A stretch of 64,000 nucleotides of DNA from an uncultured delta proteobacterium (GTDB lineage: Bacteria > Desulfobacterota > Syntrophobacteria > Syntrophobacterales > Syntrophobacteraceae). Below are positions 42,334 through 55,160 of the stretch, one piece after another. A program made the position numbers and the translations under genes. The first letter of the stretch is position 1; the number at the start of each line of letters is the position of its first letter. The stretch spans positions 1-64,000 of the forward strand of contig CAWEHK010000030.1 of NCBI GenBank assembly GCA_963808625.1, in the 5' to 3' direction. The notes under the pieces were generated by a model, which ran no database searches, had not been told where the DNA came from, and saw only the letters and a list, made by a program, of their open reading frames with translations.

Positions 42334-44363
42334 TTACCCCTGCAGGAGCTCCAGGGCACTCTTGATAAGGTTTTCGGGGGTGAACCCGAATTCCTCCATG
42401 AGCGTTTCCCCCGGAGCGGAAGCACCGAAGCCGCTCATCCCGATGACCGCGCCGTTTTCTCCCACATAGCGTTCCCACCCGAAGGGCAGTCCCGCTTCGA
42501 TGGCTACGCGCGCTTTCACGTCCCGCGGCAACACCTGGCGCCGGTATTCCGGCGAGGTCTTTTCAAAAAGCTCCCAACTGGGCATGCTCACCACGCGGAC
42601 CGCTACGCCTTCCTGCGTCAGACGCCTGCCGGCTTCAAGCGCAACGTGCACCTCCGAGCCCGAGCCGATCAGAATCAGATCAGGCTTTCCCGCTGCGTCC
42701 GCCAGGACATAGGCGCCCTGTGAAAGTCCTTCCGCTGGCGGGTACTGGGAACGGTCCAGGACCGGAAGCTTTTGCCGGCTGAGAATCAGCGCCGTCGGGC
42801 CGGTGGTTGTCTGCAGGGCCTGGCGCCAGGCCGCGGCGGTTTCGGTGGCATCGGCCGGGCGGATGACCGTAAGGCCCGGGATCGCCCGCAAGCTCGCCAG
42901 GTGTTCGATGGGCTGATGGGTGGGGCCGTCTTCGCCGACGGCAATGCTGTCGTGGGTGAAAACATAGATCACGGGGAGTCCCATGAGGCTTGCCAGCCGT
43001 ATGGATGGCCGCATATAGTCGGCAAACACAAGGAAGGTTGCCCCATAAGGGCGAAGACCTTTATGCAGGGCCATTCCGGAAAGGATCCCTCCCATCGCGT
43101 GCTCCCTGACCCCGAAGCGGATATTGCGGCCGTCGTAGTGGTCTTTTTGGAAGTCATGGGAATCGCTGATAAGGGTCTTGGTTGACGGGGCCAGATCGGC
43201 GGAACCACCAATGAGGGCGGGAACGTTTTTGGCCAGCGCGTTCAGGACTTTCCCGGAGGCCTCGCGCGTAGCGATCGGCTGGGGTTCCTGCGAAATCCGG
43301 CAGATCGGCGTCCCATCCCGCCGGCAGGATGCCGTCCAGGGCATCCGTGCCATCGCTCGCCGGCTCCGGAAAGGCCTTGCTCATAGGCCGCCTTTCGTTC
43401 CTGCCACGTCCTTTCCGCCGCTTCTCCCTTTGCCGCGCACTTTCTGAAAACCCCGAGCGCTTCGGCCGGGACGCAGAAAAATGCGTCCTCCGGGCCACCC
43501 GAGGTTCTTTTTGGTAAGCCGGGCTTCTTCCGTGCCCAGCGGCTCGCCGTGGGCCGATGCGCATGCCTTGCTTGTTGGGGCTGCCGAAGGCGATCTGGGT
43601 GCGCAGGAGGATCAGAGTGGGCTGACGGGATTGGGCTTTGGCCGCGTCGATGGCGCCGTGGATCGCCTCCAGATCGTTGCCGTCAGCGACGGTGAGCACA
43701 TTCCAGCCATAGGCCTGGAACCGAAGCGCCGACGTCCTCGGTGAAGGCGATGGTCGGTGCTGCCTTCGATGGAGATCCTGTTGTCATCATAGATGCAGAT
43801 CAGTTTCGCCAGGCCCAGGTGCCCGGCCAGCGATGCGGCTTCGGCGGTGATCCCTTCCATCATATCGCCGTCGCCGCACATCACATACGTGTAGTGGTCG
43901 ACGATGTCGTGTCCGGGCCGGTTGTAAACGGCCGCCAGGTGCCGTTCGGCCATGGCCATGCCGACGCGCGTTCGCAAAGCCCTGTCCCAGGGGACCGGTG
44001 GTCGTTTCCACGCCGGGGGTATGGCCGTACTCGGGGTGGCCCGGCGTTTTGCTGCCCCACTGGCGGAAACGCTTTATCTCATCGAGGCTCAGGTCATAAC
44101 CGGTCAGGTGGAGGAGGCTGTAGAGCAGCATCGAGGCATGACCGCCCGAGAGGACAAACCGGTCGCGATCGGGCCATTGCGGGTTTTTCGGGTTGTGCTT
44201 CAGCGTCCGCGTCCAGAGGATGTAAGCCGCTGACGCCAGGCCCATGGGGGCGCCGGGGTGTCCCGACTTGGCCTGCTCGATGGCGTCGATGGCGAGGGTG
44301 CGGATCGTGTTGATGCAAAGGTCGTCGATGGTGCACCGGTTGTCAGATAACTGCTCCCCCCAT
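42334..44363 (-). CDS. tkt: Transketolase (multiple frameshifts)
   Basis: [42 protein letters not shown] and [16 protein letters not shown]. Confidence 0.95.
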
Positions 44364-44379
44364 GATTGCTCTCCTCTAT

Positions 44380-44580
44380 CTAGTCTCATTCGGAAAGTGC
44401 GCCTTATCCGTAGGAGGGTTCCACCCGATCTGGAACCCCTCTAAAATGAGGTTTCCGGATGGGGCTATTTAGCTCGTTTCCATCCCGAAATGCACCGAGT
44501 TATTGCCAATCTCGGGCGGACATAAAATCCGCCCCTACGATCGTTTGATTCGAGCAATGGGTTTCCGGATGAACGCCAGC
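44380..44580. repeat. Two adjacent MITE/REP-like units with CATCCGGAAA-type ends
   Basis: CTAGTCTCATTCGGAAA...TTTCCGGATG and TTTCCATCCCGAAA...TTTCCGGATGAAC, each with a GTAG-type hairpin. Related to 48247..48352. Confidence 0.6.
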
Positions 44581-44630
44581 TCGAAACATTGCGATCGTCA
44601 TTGCATCGCTTCGAAGGTGATTGCTTTGCC

Positions 44631-45916
44631 TTACATCTCTTTGGGCTGGCCGGTTGAAGTCAGCACGCTGGTCCAGAACTTCCCCTGCGGATCGATTTGT
44701 TTTCGCCCGGATACGGCCTGGGCGATGGGCAGATGGGTAAACTCGTTTTTCCAGAAGCCCACGACCATGTTCGTGCGGCCGGCCATGCCGGCATGCACGG
44801 CGGCATGGCCCAGGAGCAGGCAAAAAGCCGAGTCGCGGGCATTTGCCGGCATGCTCCGAATCGTGTAGCTGGGATCGATATACTTCAAACTCACGTCGGT
44901 CGCGATCTTCTTGAAATGCTGTTGGATCTGGTCTCGCAGAAAGATGCCGATGTCTCCCAGGCGTATATTCCCCGACGCATCCCTCGCATCGGTTGCCGCC
45001 ATCAGGTCCTGCCCGGCCCCCTCTCCGGCGACGATCACGGCGTGGCCTCTCTTCTCGAGCCTCGTCCTCAGCGCTTCGAGGAAGCCCTCGAGGGTGAAAC
45101 GGACTTCCGGGATCAGGCAAAAATTGACCACACTGTTGGCGAGGGTGGCATACGCGGCAATGAACCCCGATTGGCGGCCCATCAGTTTGACCAGGCCGAT
45201 GCCGTTCCTGGCCCCGTCGGCCTCGCTCTTGGCCGAGTAAATCGCGGTCCTGGTTTCGGTGACCGCCGTATCAAACCCGAACGACTGTTCGACATAACGG
45301 ATGTCGTTGTCGATCGTCTTCGGGATGCCGATCACCGCGATCTTGAGATTGCGTCGCGCGATCTCTTCCGCCATGGCCTGGGCGCCGCGCAGAGTGCCGT
45401 CGCCACCAATGGTGAACAGGAGACTGACATTCATGCGTTCGAGGGTGTCGACCATCTCCCCGACATCCTGGGGACCGCGTGACGACCCCAGGATCGTCCC
45501 CCCTTTTTCATGAATGTCGTGGACCGATGCCGGGGTCAGTTCCAGAGGAGGGTGGCCGTATCTGGGTGCAAGCCCCTCGTAACCGTAGCGGAAACCAAAG
45601 ACGGTGCGCACCCCATAGTGATGGAAAAGGCTCAGGACAATCGCCCGAATCGCGTCGTTGAGGCCGGGGCAGAGCCCTCCGCAGGTGACGATGCCGGCCT
45701 TGAGCTTCGAAGGGTCGAAGTAAATCTGCCGCCGCGGTCCGGCTATCTCGAAGCCGGGCGGCTCCCCCCGGCCTCCAGGCAAGCCTCGATCGACCTCAGG
45801 TTCGGGTGATACAGCACGGGCTCGTCGGTGTCCACAAAGTGTACACCGGACATGGGTGATGGGATGCGGCACTCGCCCAGCTTCGCAACTCCGAAGTCAA
45901 GATAACACTCTTCCAT
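44631..45916 (-). CDS. pfkA: 6-phosphofructokinase, PfkA superfamily (GGDG, ATP-type)
   Basis: TCGGLCPGLN, GGTILGSSRG, IGGDGT, PKTIDND, KLMGR.SGFIA and KYIDPSY. N-terminal frameshifts. Confidence 0.9.
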
Positions 45917-46007
45917 AGCGAACTCCGTTTGCTCGGGAAAAAACGGTAGCAACTGATGCAACAAGGACACCTATAGCGCAGTGCGCCTGCCGGGGATAGT
46001 CTATTTC

Positions 46008-46484
46008 TCAAAGGGGAGGGAGAATTTTTCGGAGTATTGCATATCTTTCCAATTCCGTTACCTTGTTCAAGCGCCTTCGATAGCGCTCAAGGCCTTTAAA
46101 ACGGGCATTGAGAAAGATCTGCACCAGGTCCCACGCAAGGGCGAAGGCGGTTACCCGGCCCCCGAGGCAGAGCACGTTCATGTCATCATCCTCGACCCCC
46201 TGGTGGGCCGAGTACGCATCGGTGATGAGTGCGGCCCGCACACCCGGTACTTTGTTGGCGGCCACACTCGCTCCCACCCCGCTCCCGCAGACCGCCACTC
46301 CGCGGGCAACGTCGCCGCGTGCCACCGCCATGGCCATCGGCACAATGAAATCAGGGTAATCGTCATCCGGGACCAAAGCGTTGGCCCCAAAATCCACGAC
46401 TTCAAACCCCGCCGCCTTCAGGAGCTCGACCAGTTGCCCCTTGAGCTCAAATCCCCCATGATCCGCCGCGACGCCCACCCGCAT
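46008..46484 (-). CDS. rpiB: Ribose 5-phosphate isomerase B
   Basis: AADHGGFELK, DDYPD, CGSGVGASVAANKVPGVRAA and NVLCLGGR. Confidence 0.92.
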   Translation of the reverse strand: MRVGVAADHGGFELKGQLVELLKAAGFEVVDFGANALVPDDDYPDFIVPMAMAVARGDVARGVAVCGSGVGASVAANKVPGVRAALITDAYSAHQGVEDDDMNVLCLGGRVTAFALAWDLVQIFLNARFKGLERYRRRLNKVTELERYAILRKILPPL

Positions 46485-47060
46485 CGTTTTTCTCCCCTCA
46501 AGCTGGATGGAGATTACCGCGATGTCATCCTACCTATGGGATGTTTGGAGAATATTTCATCCTCTTGAATTCACTACCATGAGTGAGCCTGGAAGACAAT
46601 GCGTTCCTGTGAGGAGGGTGTGAACAGAAGTGGGAGTTGGAAATTATGAAAGGCAGGGTCTCCTGTCCTGGTGGGCACGGTAAAGCCTGCGCCCACCTGA
46701 CAATTGGGCCACGGCGTAGGGGTGGGGCGCGTCTTTTTGCGCCCACCGAAACCATGCAGGCTCATTCGCAATCAGGTAATGGTCACATGAGGCCACGGCG
46801 AACTCCCACTTCTGACTACACCCCTGTGAGGATGATCACCTGGTGCGGGAAATTTCGGTCTTTTTGCGGTTGCCGGGTCGAAAATTATCCAGTTTTCCTA
46901 TGCATTTTGTTTACTCAAAAAATACGGTCTTCACCTACTTGCATCGATGCCAATCGTTCAGTAAAGTGGTTTCGATAGGTTGACTTCTCGCTCAACCTTC
47001 TTGGCAGGGTGGCTAATCATGAAAGGGAGAGATCTTTATCCAAACCAGGGGAGGTGCAAG

Positions 47061-47508
47061 ATGATGAAGAAGATTGCGTTTTTGAGCCTGTTCACTCTTT
47101 TGTTGGTCCTTTCGTTCGTCGTGTTGGCGGAGGCCGCAACCGCCCGCTTCCCGGTAGTGGTCAAGTGGGATACTGCGGGCCACAGCCAGGTGTCTACGGA
47201 TATCTTTCTCCTCAACCTGACCGGTGATCCGGTCAGTGTCGACCTGGATCTCTATACGAAGGATGGAACCAAGTTGACCTGCGGCGTGATGCCTGTCGTC
47301 ACCATCCCGGCCAACGGTACTCGCCATATTTCGCCGTCAGGGTGCTTCGCGATTGCAATGGGGGTCGCCCTCGATTTTGAGGGCATCGGACTCATTAAGG
47401 AAGGCCCCTCCAAATTCCATTAGCATTTATTGGCGGATTTATGATGAGACCGTGTCCCCTCACGAACTGATCGATCACGGCAAGGAAATCCCTGCGGCGA
47501 GTCCCTAA
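47061..47508 (+). CDS. Hypothetical secreted protein (frameshift near the C-terminus)
   Basis: GGAGG RBS, signal peptide ending in AEA, beta-rich segment TDIFLLNLTGDPVSVDLDLY..DG. Confidence 0.55.
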
Positions 47509-47639
47509 AGTGATGAGAAGGTAATAAGAAATTGCTGTTTCACGTCAGTGGGATAGCACCTGTTGTGGAAGGTTGCCTCCGCCTGGTGCGATATCAGCCT
47601 TCCGTATCCACCAATCGGCTTGAGGAAAAAGGAGAAAAC

Positions 47640-47915
47640 ATGGCTCGCAGAAGACTAATCCGTGGATTTCAGATTCTTGCAGTGCTGCTGGTGTTTGCCC
47701 TTGGGTACCTCTGTGGGACCCTCACCCAACAGAGCGCCAATGCCCAGCTGAAAGAAATTGGAAAGGGGGCCCTGCAACAGGCCGCACCTTCCGGCGGCGC
47801 CGTGGGAAAAGCCGTGGAACTGGGTACGGCAATCACCGACATGCAGCAGCACGTCGATGGCCTGCAAAAGAACCTCACCACCCTGAAAAGCATTCAGGCA
47901 GCTATTGGGGGATAG
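47640..47915 (+). CDS. Small exported hypothetical protein
   Basis: AGGAG RBS, signal-like N-terminus, coiled-coil C-terminus. Confidence 0.6.
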   Translation: MARRRLIRGFQILAVLLVFALGYLCGTLTQQSANAQLKEIGKGALQQAAPSGGAVGKAVELGTAITDMQQHVDGLQKNLTTLKSIQAAIGG

Positions 47916-47959
47916 ACGTTCACGGCACTGCCCGGCGTAGTTCTTCAGGCACTGCCTAA

Positions 47960-48095
47960 TACTACAACGGTACTTTGGTGAAACTCCAATCCGTGTGGGG
48001 CAGGCTTTCCAGCCTGCCATGCCGAAGCGGCCAAAAGGCAGGCTGGAAAGCCTGCCCCACAGAGTAAGGCCCCCTGCGGAAACCTCGTTGTAGTA
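47960..48095. mobile_element. MITE-like element (copy 2) with 10-bp TIR
   Basis: TACTACAACG / CGTTGTAGTA around the GGCAGGCTTTCCAGCCTGCC double palindrome. Confidence 0.8.
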
Positions 48096-48246
48096 CCAGT
48101 ACACATTGGCGTAAGTCCCTGCTCGGTTCCGGTGGGCACAAAGAGCCGTGCCCACCCTACACTCTCTCTCGGAGCTTCAAACATTGTTCGGGTGGGCACA
48201 GCTCTATCGTGCCCACCAACACCCCAGGAATTTTCGCCCAAGTGTA

Positions 48247-48352
48247 CCCGTGTCCATCCGGAAACCCCATTTTGTAGGAGGGGCTTCCAGCCGCGATCGG
48301 GGCTGGAAGCCCCTCCTACGGAACAAGGCGCCACTTTCCGGATGAGAACTAG
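48247..48352. repeat. MITE/REP-like unit: CATCCGGAAA ends around GTAGGAGGGGCTTCCAGCC...GGCTGGAAGCCCCTCCTAC
   Basis: Nested inverted repeats directly visible. Confidence 0.7.
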
Positions 48353-48428
48353 CTCAGGAGGATTTTTCAGGGGCCAAAAACCGGGCAACGAAATTGGGGT
48401 GATTTTGGCCCTTTTTAGAGGCCCCAAT

Positions 48429-48638
48429 TCAACACTCCTGGTCGATTGATATTCTCAGAAGCTTGGCCATCGTTATTTTCGCCTCTTCCTTTGTTTCAAA
48501 AGACATGGGGGCCAGGACTTCCGCTCCCGGCCCTAAAGTTGCCTTAATTCTCTGGTATTCTTGATCTGCCTTCGCTCTTGTTGGAAACTCTTCAAGCGCA
48601 AAAGCTCCTGCCGCCGAACGGAATGCTATATATTCCAT
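48429..48638 (-). CDS. Small hypothetical protein
   Basis: 69-aa ORF with AGGAG RBS. Confidence 0.5.
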   Translation of the reverse strand: MEYIAFRSAAGAFALEEFPTRAKADQEYQRIKATLGPGAEVLAPMSFETKEEAKITMAKLLRISIDQEC

Positions 48639-48909
48639 ATTCTTCTCCTTGTTATCCTTATTAAAGCAAATAATAATCATCACAGTGGGCTGATGCTCCT
48701 GACGAAAAGAAGGTTGTCGATCCTTTATAGGGCTGGGCAAAAGCAACCAGCTATGCCGTTGGTTATACCTGTTCAGCTTGAAAAGCTTCTACCTTTAAAG
48801 TCACGCAAAGGCGCGGAGATCGCAGAGAAAGGCCTCGGAGAAGGGGTCTCTGCGTTCTCTGCGGCTCTGCGTGAGAATGAAATATCTAAACCTTCACGGT
48901 ATGACTGAT

Positions 48910-50128
48910 TCAGTCCGCAGGCGGAAAGGGTGTTTTCCAAATTGACACGAGGATTTGAATGAAACAAAGGCTTGTCAGAATCGCTAAGATGGCCACCCCG
49001 GGTAGCGTGGTGCTCAAAGCTCCGGTAATCATACCGAGAATCGCGAGGATCGCATATAGAGATAATACGCGGCGAATAGCCGCTGTCTGCTCAACCGGGT
49101 TTGTCGCCAGCAGGATCAAACTGAGGGCGACGACACTAATGCCCACCGAGCAGGATAAAACCCAGCCTTCGGTCCCGGGCAAACTCTGCCAGGGGTTCAG
49201 GGCGGCCAGATGCTTGACGCCAACGGCGGTGCTGGCAATGCCAAGGACCAGTGGAATATGGGAGTACAGCCACAATTGGTATCTCCGGATGTGACCCGGC
49301 GAGAGGAACGTGAGCGTGGCGGCTCCCCCTGGCACCCTCGAAATATCCCCACCAGAGCGAGTATGTCATCAGGAGCCCCATGATCCCCACCATCCCCGAC
49401 ACCAAGTCCAGCCCGTGCTTGCCGATTCCCATCACAACGCTTACGACGGCCTCGCCGATGACAATAATCGTAAACAACCCGAATCTTTCAGGGAGGTGCA
49501 TGAGGTGAGGAGGAAATCGGGCATGGAGTTCTCCGGCGGTAAGAGGAGCCAGGAAATCAACGATCACGGCAAGGCCCCAAAGCCAGAAACGCCATGGCGC
49601 GGCGACGAGCGCCGAAAGGGCCCACAACGATGCGGCCAGACCAAAACCGAGGCAGTAGCGGTTCGTCAGCGCCCGCACGTGAGGAATGTGTTTGGCCGCG
49701 CGCAGATACTCGGCAACGAGCATGAATCTCACGGCTGCGTAGGAGAGAGCAAATCCTGCAGAGGTATGGCCGAGAGCTTCCGGGGCATGGACCGCGAGGG
49801 AGGCCACCGCGATAATTTGGGTCAGGGTCAGGAACCGGCGTCCCACATCGTCGGAATCGAAACGCGTGAGGTAGAACGTGTGCCCGGCCCAGGCCCACCA
49901 CACCGGCACAAACAGTGCCGAAAACTTGAGCGCCCCGAGGGGTGAGTAGTCTTCATTCAGACTCGAGGCCAATTGCGAGACCGCACCCACAAACACGAGA
50001 TCATAAAAAAGCTCAAGCCAGGTCGCATGCCGTTCCTTTTCCTGGTCGTAACCGGAGCGGAGGGTCGGCGGTTTGAAAATTCGCTTATTCAGCAAGGGCC
50101 TGACTCCTTCAAGCCGACCATCCCTCAA
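48910..50128 (-). CDS. ltrA: Low temperature requirement protein A family membrane protein (frameshift near 49320)
   Basis: RHATWLELFYDLVFV, WWAW, RFDSDD and HLPERFGLFTIIVIGE. Confidence 0.88.
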
Positions 50129-50146
50129 CTTGGATTGGGTGACCGA

Positions 50147-50910
50147 TCAAAGGTTTACGCGCAGGCCTTTGCTTTGGAGGTATTCCTTGACCTGCCGGAT
50201 ACTGAAAGTGCGGTAATGGAAAACCGAAGCGGCGAGCAAAACCTGGGCACCTCCCTGGGTGACGGCTTCGTAGAAATGCTCCAGTTTTCCAGCGCCCCCC
50301 GAGGCAATGACCGGTACGCTGACGGCATCGGAAATCGCCCTGGTAAATGCCAGATCATAGCCCGCCTGTGTGCCGTCACCATCCATGCTGGTCGGCAACA
50401 CGGTCCCCGCCCCGAGGTCCTGGCATTCTTTGGCCCACAACACAGCATCCTTCCGACAGGCTTGGTGCCGCCGGCAATGACCAATTCGAACCCCGAGGGC
50501 ATCGACGCGTTCCTTTTGCCATCAATGGCCACGGTCACTTTTTCCGACCCGAACGCCTTGGCTGCCTGCCTGACGAGGCCCGGGCTGTTTACGGCGGCAC
50601 TGTTCATCGAGATTTTTGCGGCGCCGGCATCAAGAACCAATTCGATATCTTCCAGCGTGGCAATGCCTCCTCCGACGGTGAGGGGCATCTTGATCACCGA
50701 TGACACGTTCTTCACCCATTCCAGCCTGGTTTTTCGGTTCTCCAGCGTGGCTGCGATATCAAGCATGGCCAGTTCGTCGGCCCCCTCCTTTTCATAGAAG
50801 GCGGCATTTTCCACCGGGTCGCCGGCATCCCGCAAGTTTACGAAATTGATCCCCTTGACTACCCGTCCGTTTTTCATGTCGAGACACGGCATAACCTTAA
50901 TCACTTCCAT
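50147..50910 (-). CDS. hisF: Imidazole glycerol phosphate synthase subunit HisF (frameshift near 50450)
   Basis: [48 protein letters not shown] and LAASVFH. Confidence 0.9.
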
Positions 50911-51029
50911 AAAACCTCCCTTTACCGAACATGTTTTTTCACAAAGTGTCTTCGAATCTTCGGGTCTTTCGACGGTGAAAGAAGACGTTCTATTCTTCTT
51001 GCCATTCCCGGCTCGATGGCTACGGATTA

Positions 51030-52999
<1,970 letters not shown>

Positions 53000-53212
53000 G
53001 TCAACCCTCCCTGGTCACTATCTGGTTTCGTTTGAGCCCTCCCTCCCGGTGGGCTATGATCTATGCGATGCGCAGAAGCAGAATGCCACGAAGAAAGTTC
53101 GCAACAGTACGACCGATCCCGACGGCAGCTGTCTATTCACGAATGCAGAAGCAGAAGCCAGAAGAAAGTTCGCAAGAGCCGGTGAAACACAAGAAACCAT
53201 GGGAGTCTCAGA

Positions 53213-53290
53213 ACGTCATTCCCGCATGTTTTCGGCGGGAACCCAGCACTCCGATCGTCATTCCCGCATGCTTTCGGCGGGAATCCAGAG
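53213..53290. repeat. Tandem CGTC-type REP-like units
   Basis: Two copies of CGTCATTCCCGCATG(T/C)TTTCGGCGGGAA(C/T)CCAG. Confidence 0.8.
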
Positions 53291-53490
53291 GTTGCAGAAG
53301 AGCTCGTGCGTCCACGTCAATCAAGAAGGTCCGTCATGGATTGGTAACTAGCTGCTTTTCCAAGGTTTTTTATAACAGATATGGTGACGGCTGTCAAGCG
53401 CATGTTGCGGCCAGTAAATCTTGCCGGCACCAGTGCTCTCACTTTGCCCGTTTTCGGGATACTGCTATCCAAGGACGCTCTTTACGTCGG

Positions 53491-55071
53491 TCAAACCGTG
53501 TAGGTGAAGTAGCGCCAGTCGCTCCAGGGACAGATTCTGCTGCCCACCTTGGTGCGGACACGCCACCGGCCGCGTTGGGCTTCGATGAACATATGCTCAT
53601 AGTCGGTATCGCTGAGTGTACCCGAAACGAACCAGGTGAGCCCTGCTTCCGCAGCCCACTGTCCTGCAATGTGGGCACCGAAGGTGTCAAGTTCGATATT
53701 ATATGTCGCATGTCTTAAGCCGATTGGATCCCAGCGGAAGTTGGTCCGGCGCGGGAAATGGTCGAAGGTTTCACCCTCAAGCGGGTCACGCAGAGTGGGG
53801 ATGACGCCGCTCCACCAGTTAAGGGTCGGGTCGCCGAGAAGCACCAACCCGTAATACCACCGCCGCTCACTGAGATCATGCGTGCTGCCGAGAGCCTTCC
53901 ACCAATCGGTGAAAGCCTCGCCAATGGTTTTCCCCGCTCCCATCGGACCGTAAAAGTTTTCGAACAACAGCATCGAACCCGCCTTCGTGCTTCCGACGGC
54001 AGCGAGCCCATTGCAGGGTGAGCCACCACGCTTGTTGAAGACATACCAGCCGGCCATGTATTCCGCTTGGGTGAAGCGTGCGTTGCTGCAGGCGAAAAGG
54101 TTGTAAAAGTATGCGTTTGGGGGATTTGTGTCACGCAAGTAGGTGTTGGGAACCGACTCCTTCCCGGTCGGGACCTTGAAAGTATGGCTGGCCGGTGACG
54201 AGTGCGCGCAAACTTGAGCCCAGGCGCGGCGCTGGTTGATTTCGGCCTTGTAGCGATCGACGTTGGTTGTTGCCGGCTCGGTTATCGTCTCAATATTGGC
54301 CGGTGCGAACATCTGATCAAAAGCACAGTCGTCAAAGTGATCCCAATCATCGTCCACATAGGCGAGGGCGCGGTCGGAATAACCGAAGACTCCTTTGCGG
54401 AACTTGTGATTGCGGCTGAAATAGTCTTTGAGCAAGGCGGCGTTGTTGCCATTTTTCGACGGTGTCCAGAGGCGGCCGACCCAGATTTCAGGCTCAACAC
54501 CGGTCGGATGTCCGCTGAACTTGCCGTCGCCATCCGGATCGTCCCACGCGCCGTTGAGGTCCATATAGTAAAGATCACAGGGAAACTCTGCGGCCCCATT
54601 GAAGTCATCGGTCATCTCGAACCAGGCGACCGGCAAATTGCCAACCATCAGGACCCCGGCGACGGGCAACTTCTCTTTGATAAAATCGCGCAACTCCGCC
54701 GGGGTGCCACCCTTTACCCGGTAGGCCACAGCATAGTAACCCTCGTAGGCGAGGTCCTCGATGTATTGTTCAATCGATGCCTTGATCGAAGGATAGACGT
54801 TGTGGTTGACCAATACGAGGATCTTGCCTTTGGGGAACTGCAGTGGTGAGTAAGTCTGGAGGTAGCGCAGGTCCGATGCAAAGGCGGGCCGCGCCTGCTC
54901 TGCCGCCACGAGGGCAGCAGGCGGTGCAAGCCGCCGATACTCGGCGAAAGATTGAGGTGGTAAGCCGTCTTTATCGATGTACTCGAGGTTGCGAACTCGG
55001 GAATAGTCGATCTTGAACGAACGCAATTGCCGTACTTTGCTGACATCGATGCTTGAAAATTTATCAGCCAT
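53491..55071 (-). CDS. Peptidase C25 (gingipain-like, clan CD) domain protein
   Basis: VLMVGNLP, PCDLYYMDL.G.W, PEIWVGRL, putative catalytic AHS and ACS, and LLGDPTL. GGAGG RBS. Confidence 0.7.
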   Translation of the reverse strand: MADKFSSIDVSKVRQLRSFKIDYSRVRNLEYIDKDGLPPQSFAEYRRLAPPAALVAAEQARPAFASDLRYLQTYSPLQFPKGKILVLVNHNVYPSIKASIEQYIEDLAYEGYYAVAYRVKGGTPAELRDFIKEKLPVAGVLMVGNLPVAWFEMTDDFNGAAEFPCDLYYMDLNGAWDDPDGDGKFSGHPTGVEPEIWVGRLWTPSKNGNNAALLKDYFSRNHKFRKGVFGYSDRALAYVDDDWDHFDDCAFDQMFAPANIETITEPATTNVDRYKAEINQRRAWAQVCAHSSPASHTFKVPTGKESVPNTYLRDTNPPNAYFYNLFACSNARFTQAEYMAGWYVFNKRGGSPCNGLAAVGSTKAGSMLLFENFYGPMGAGKTIGEAFTDWWKALGSTHDLSERRWYYGLVLLGDPTLNWWSGVIPTLRDPLEGETFDHFPRRTNFRWDPIGLRHATYNIELDTFGAHIAGQWAAEAGLTWFVSGTLSDTDYEHMFIEAQRGRWRVRTKVGSRICPWSDWRYFTYTV

Positions 55072-55160
55072 TGCGATCCTCCTTTCGGTCTTTTTGCGAC
55101 CACCCTTGAAGACCATCCAGCGCAAAGCGGTTCATTGCAATGACAGAGCTCAACGGCGGC

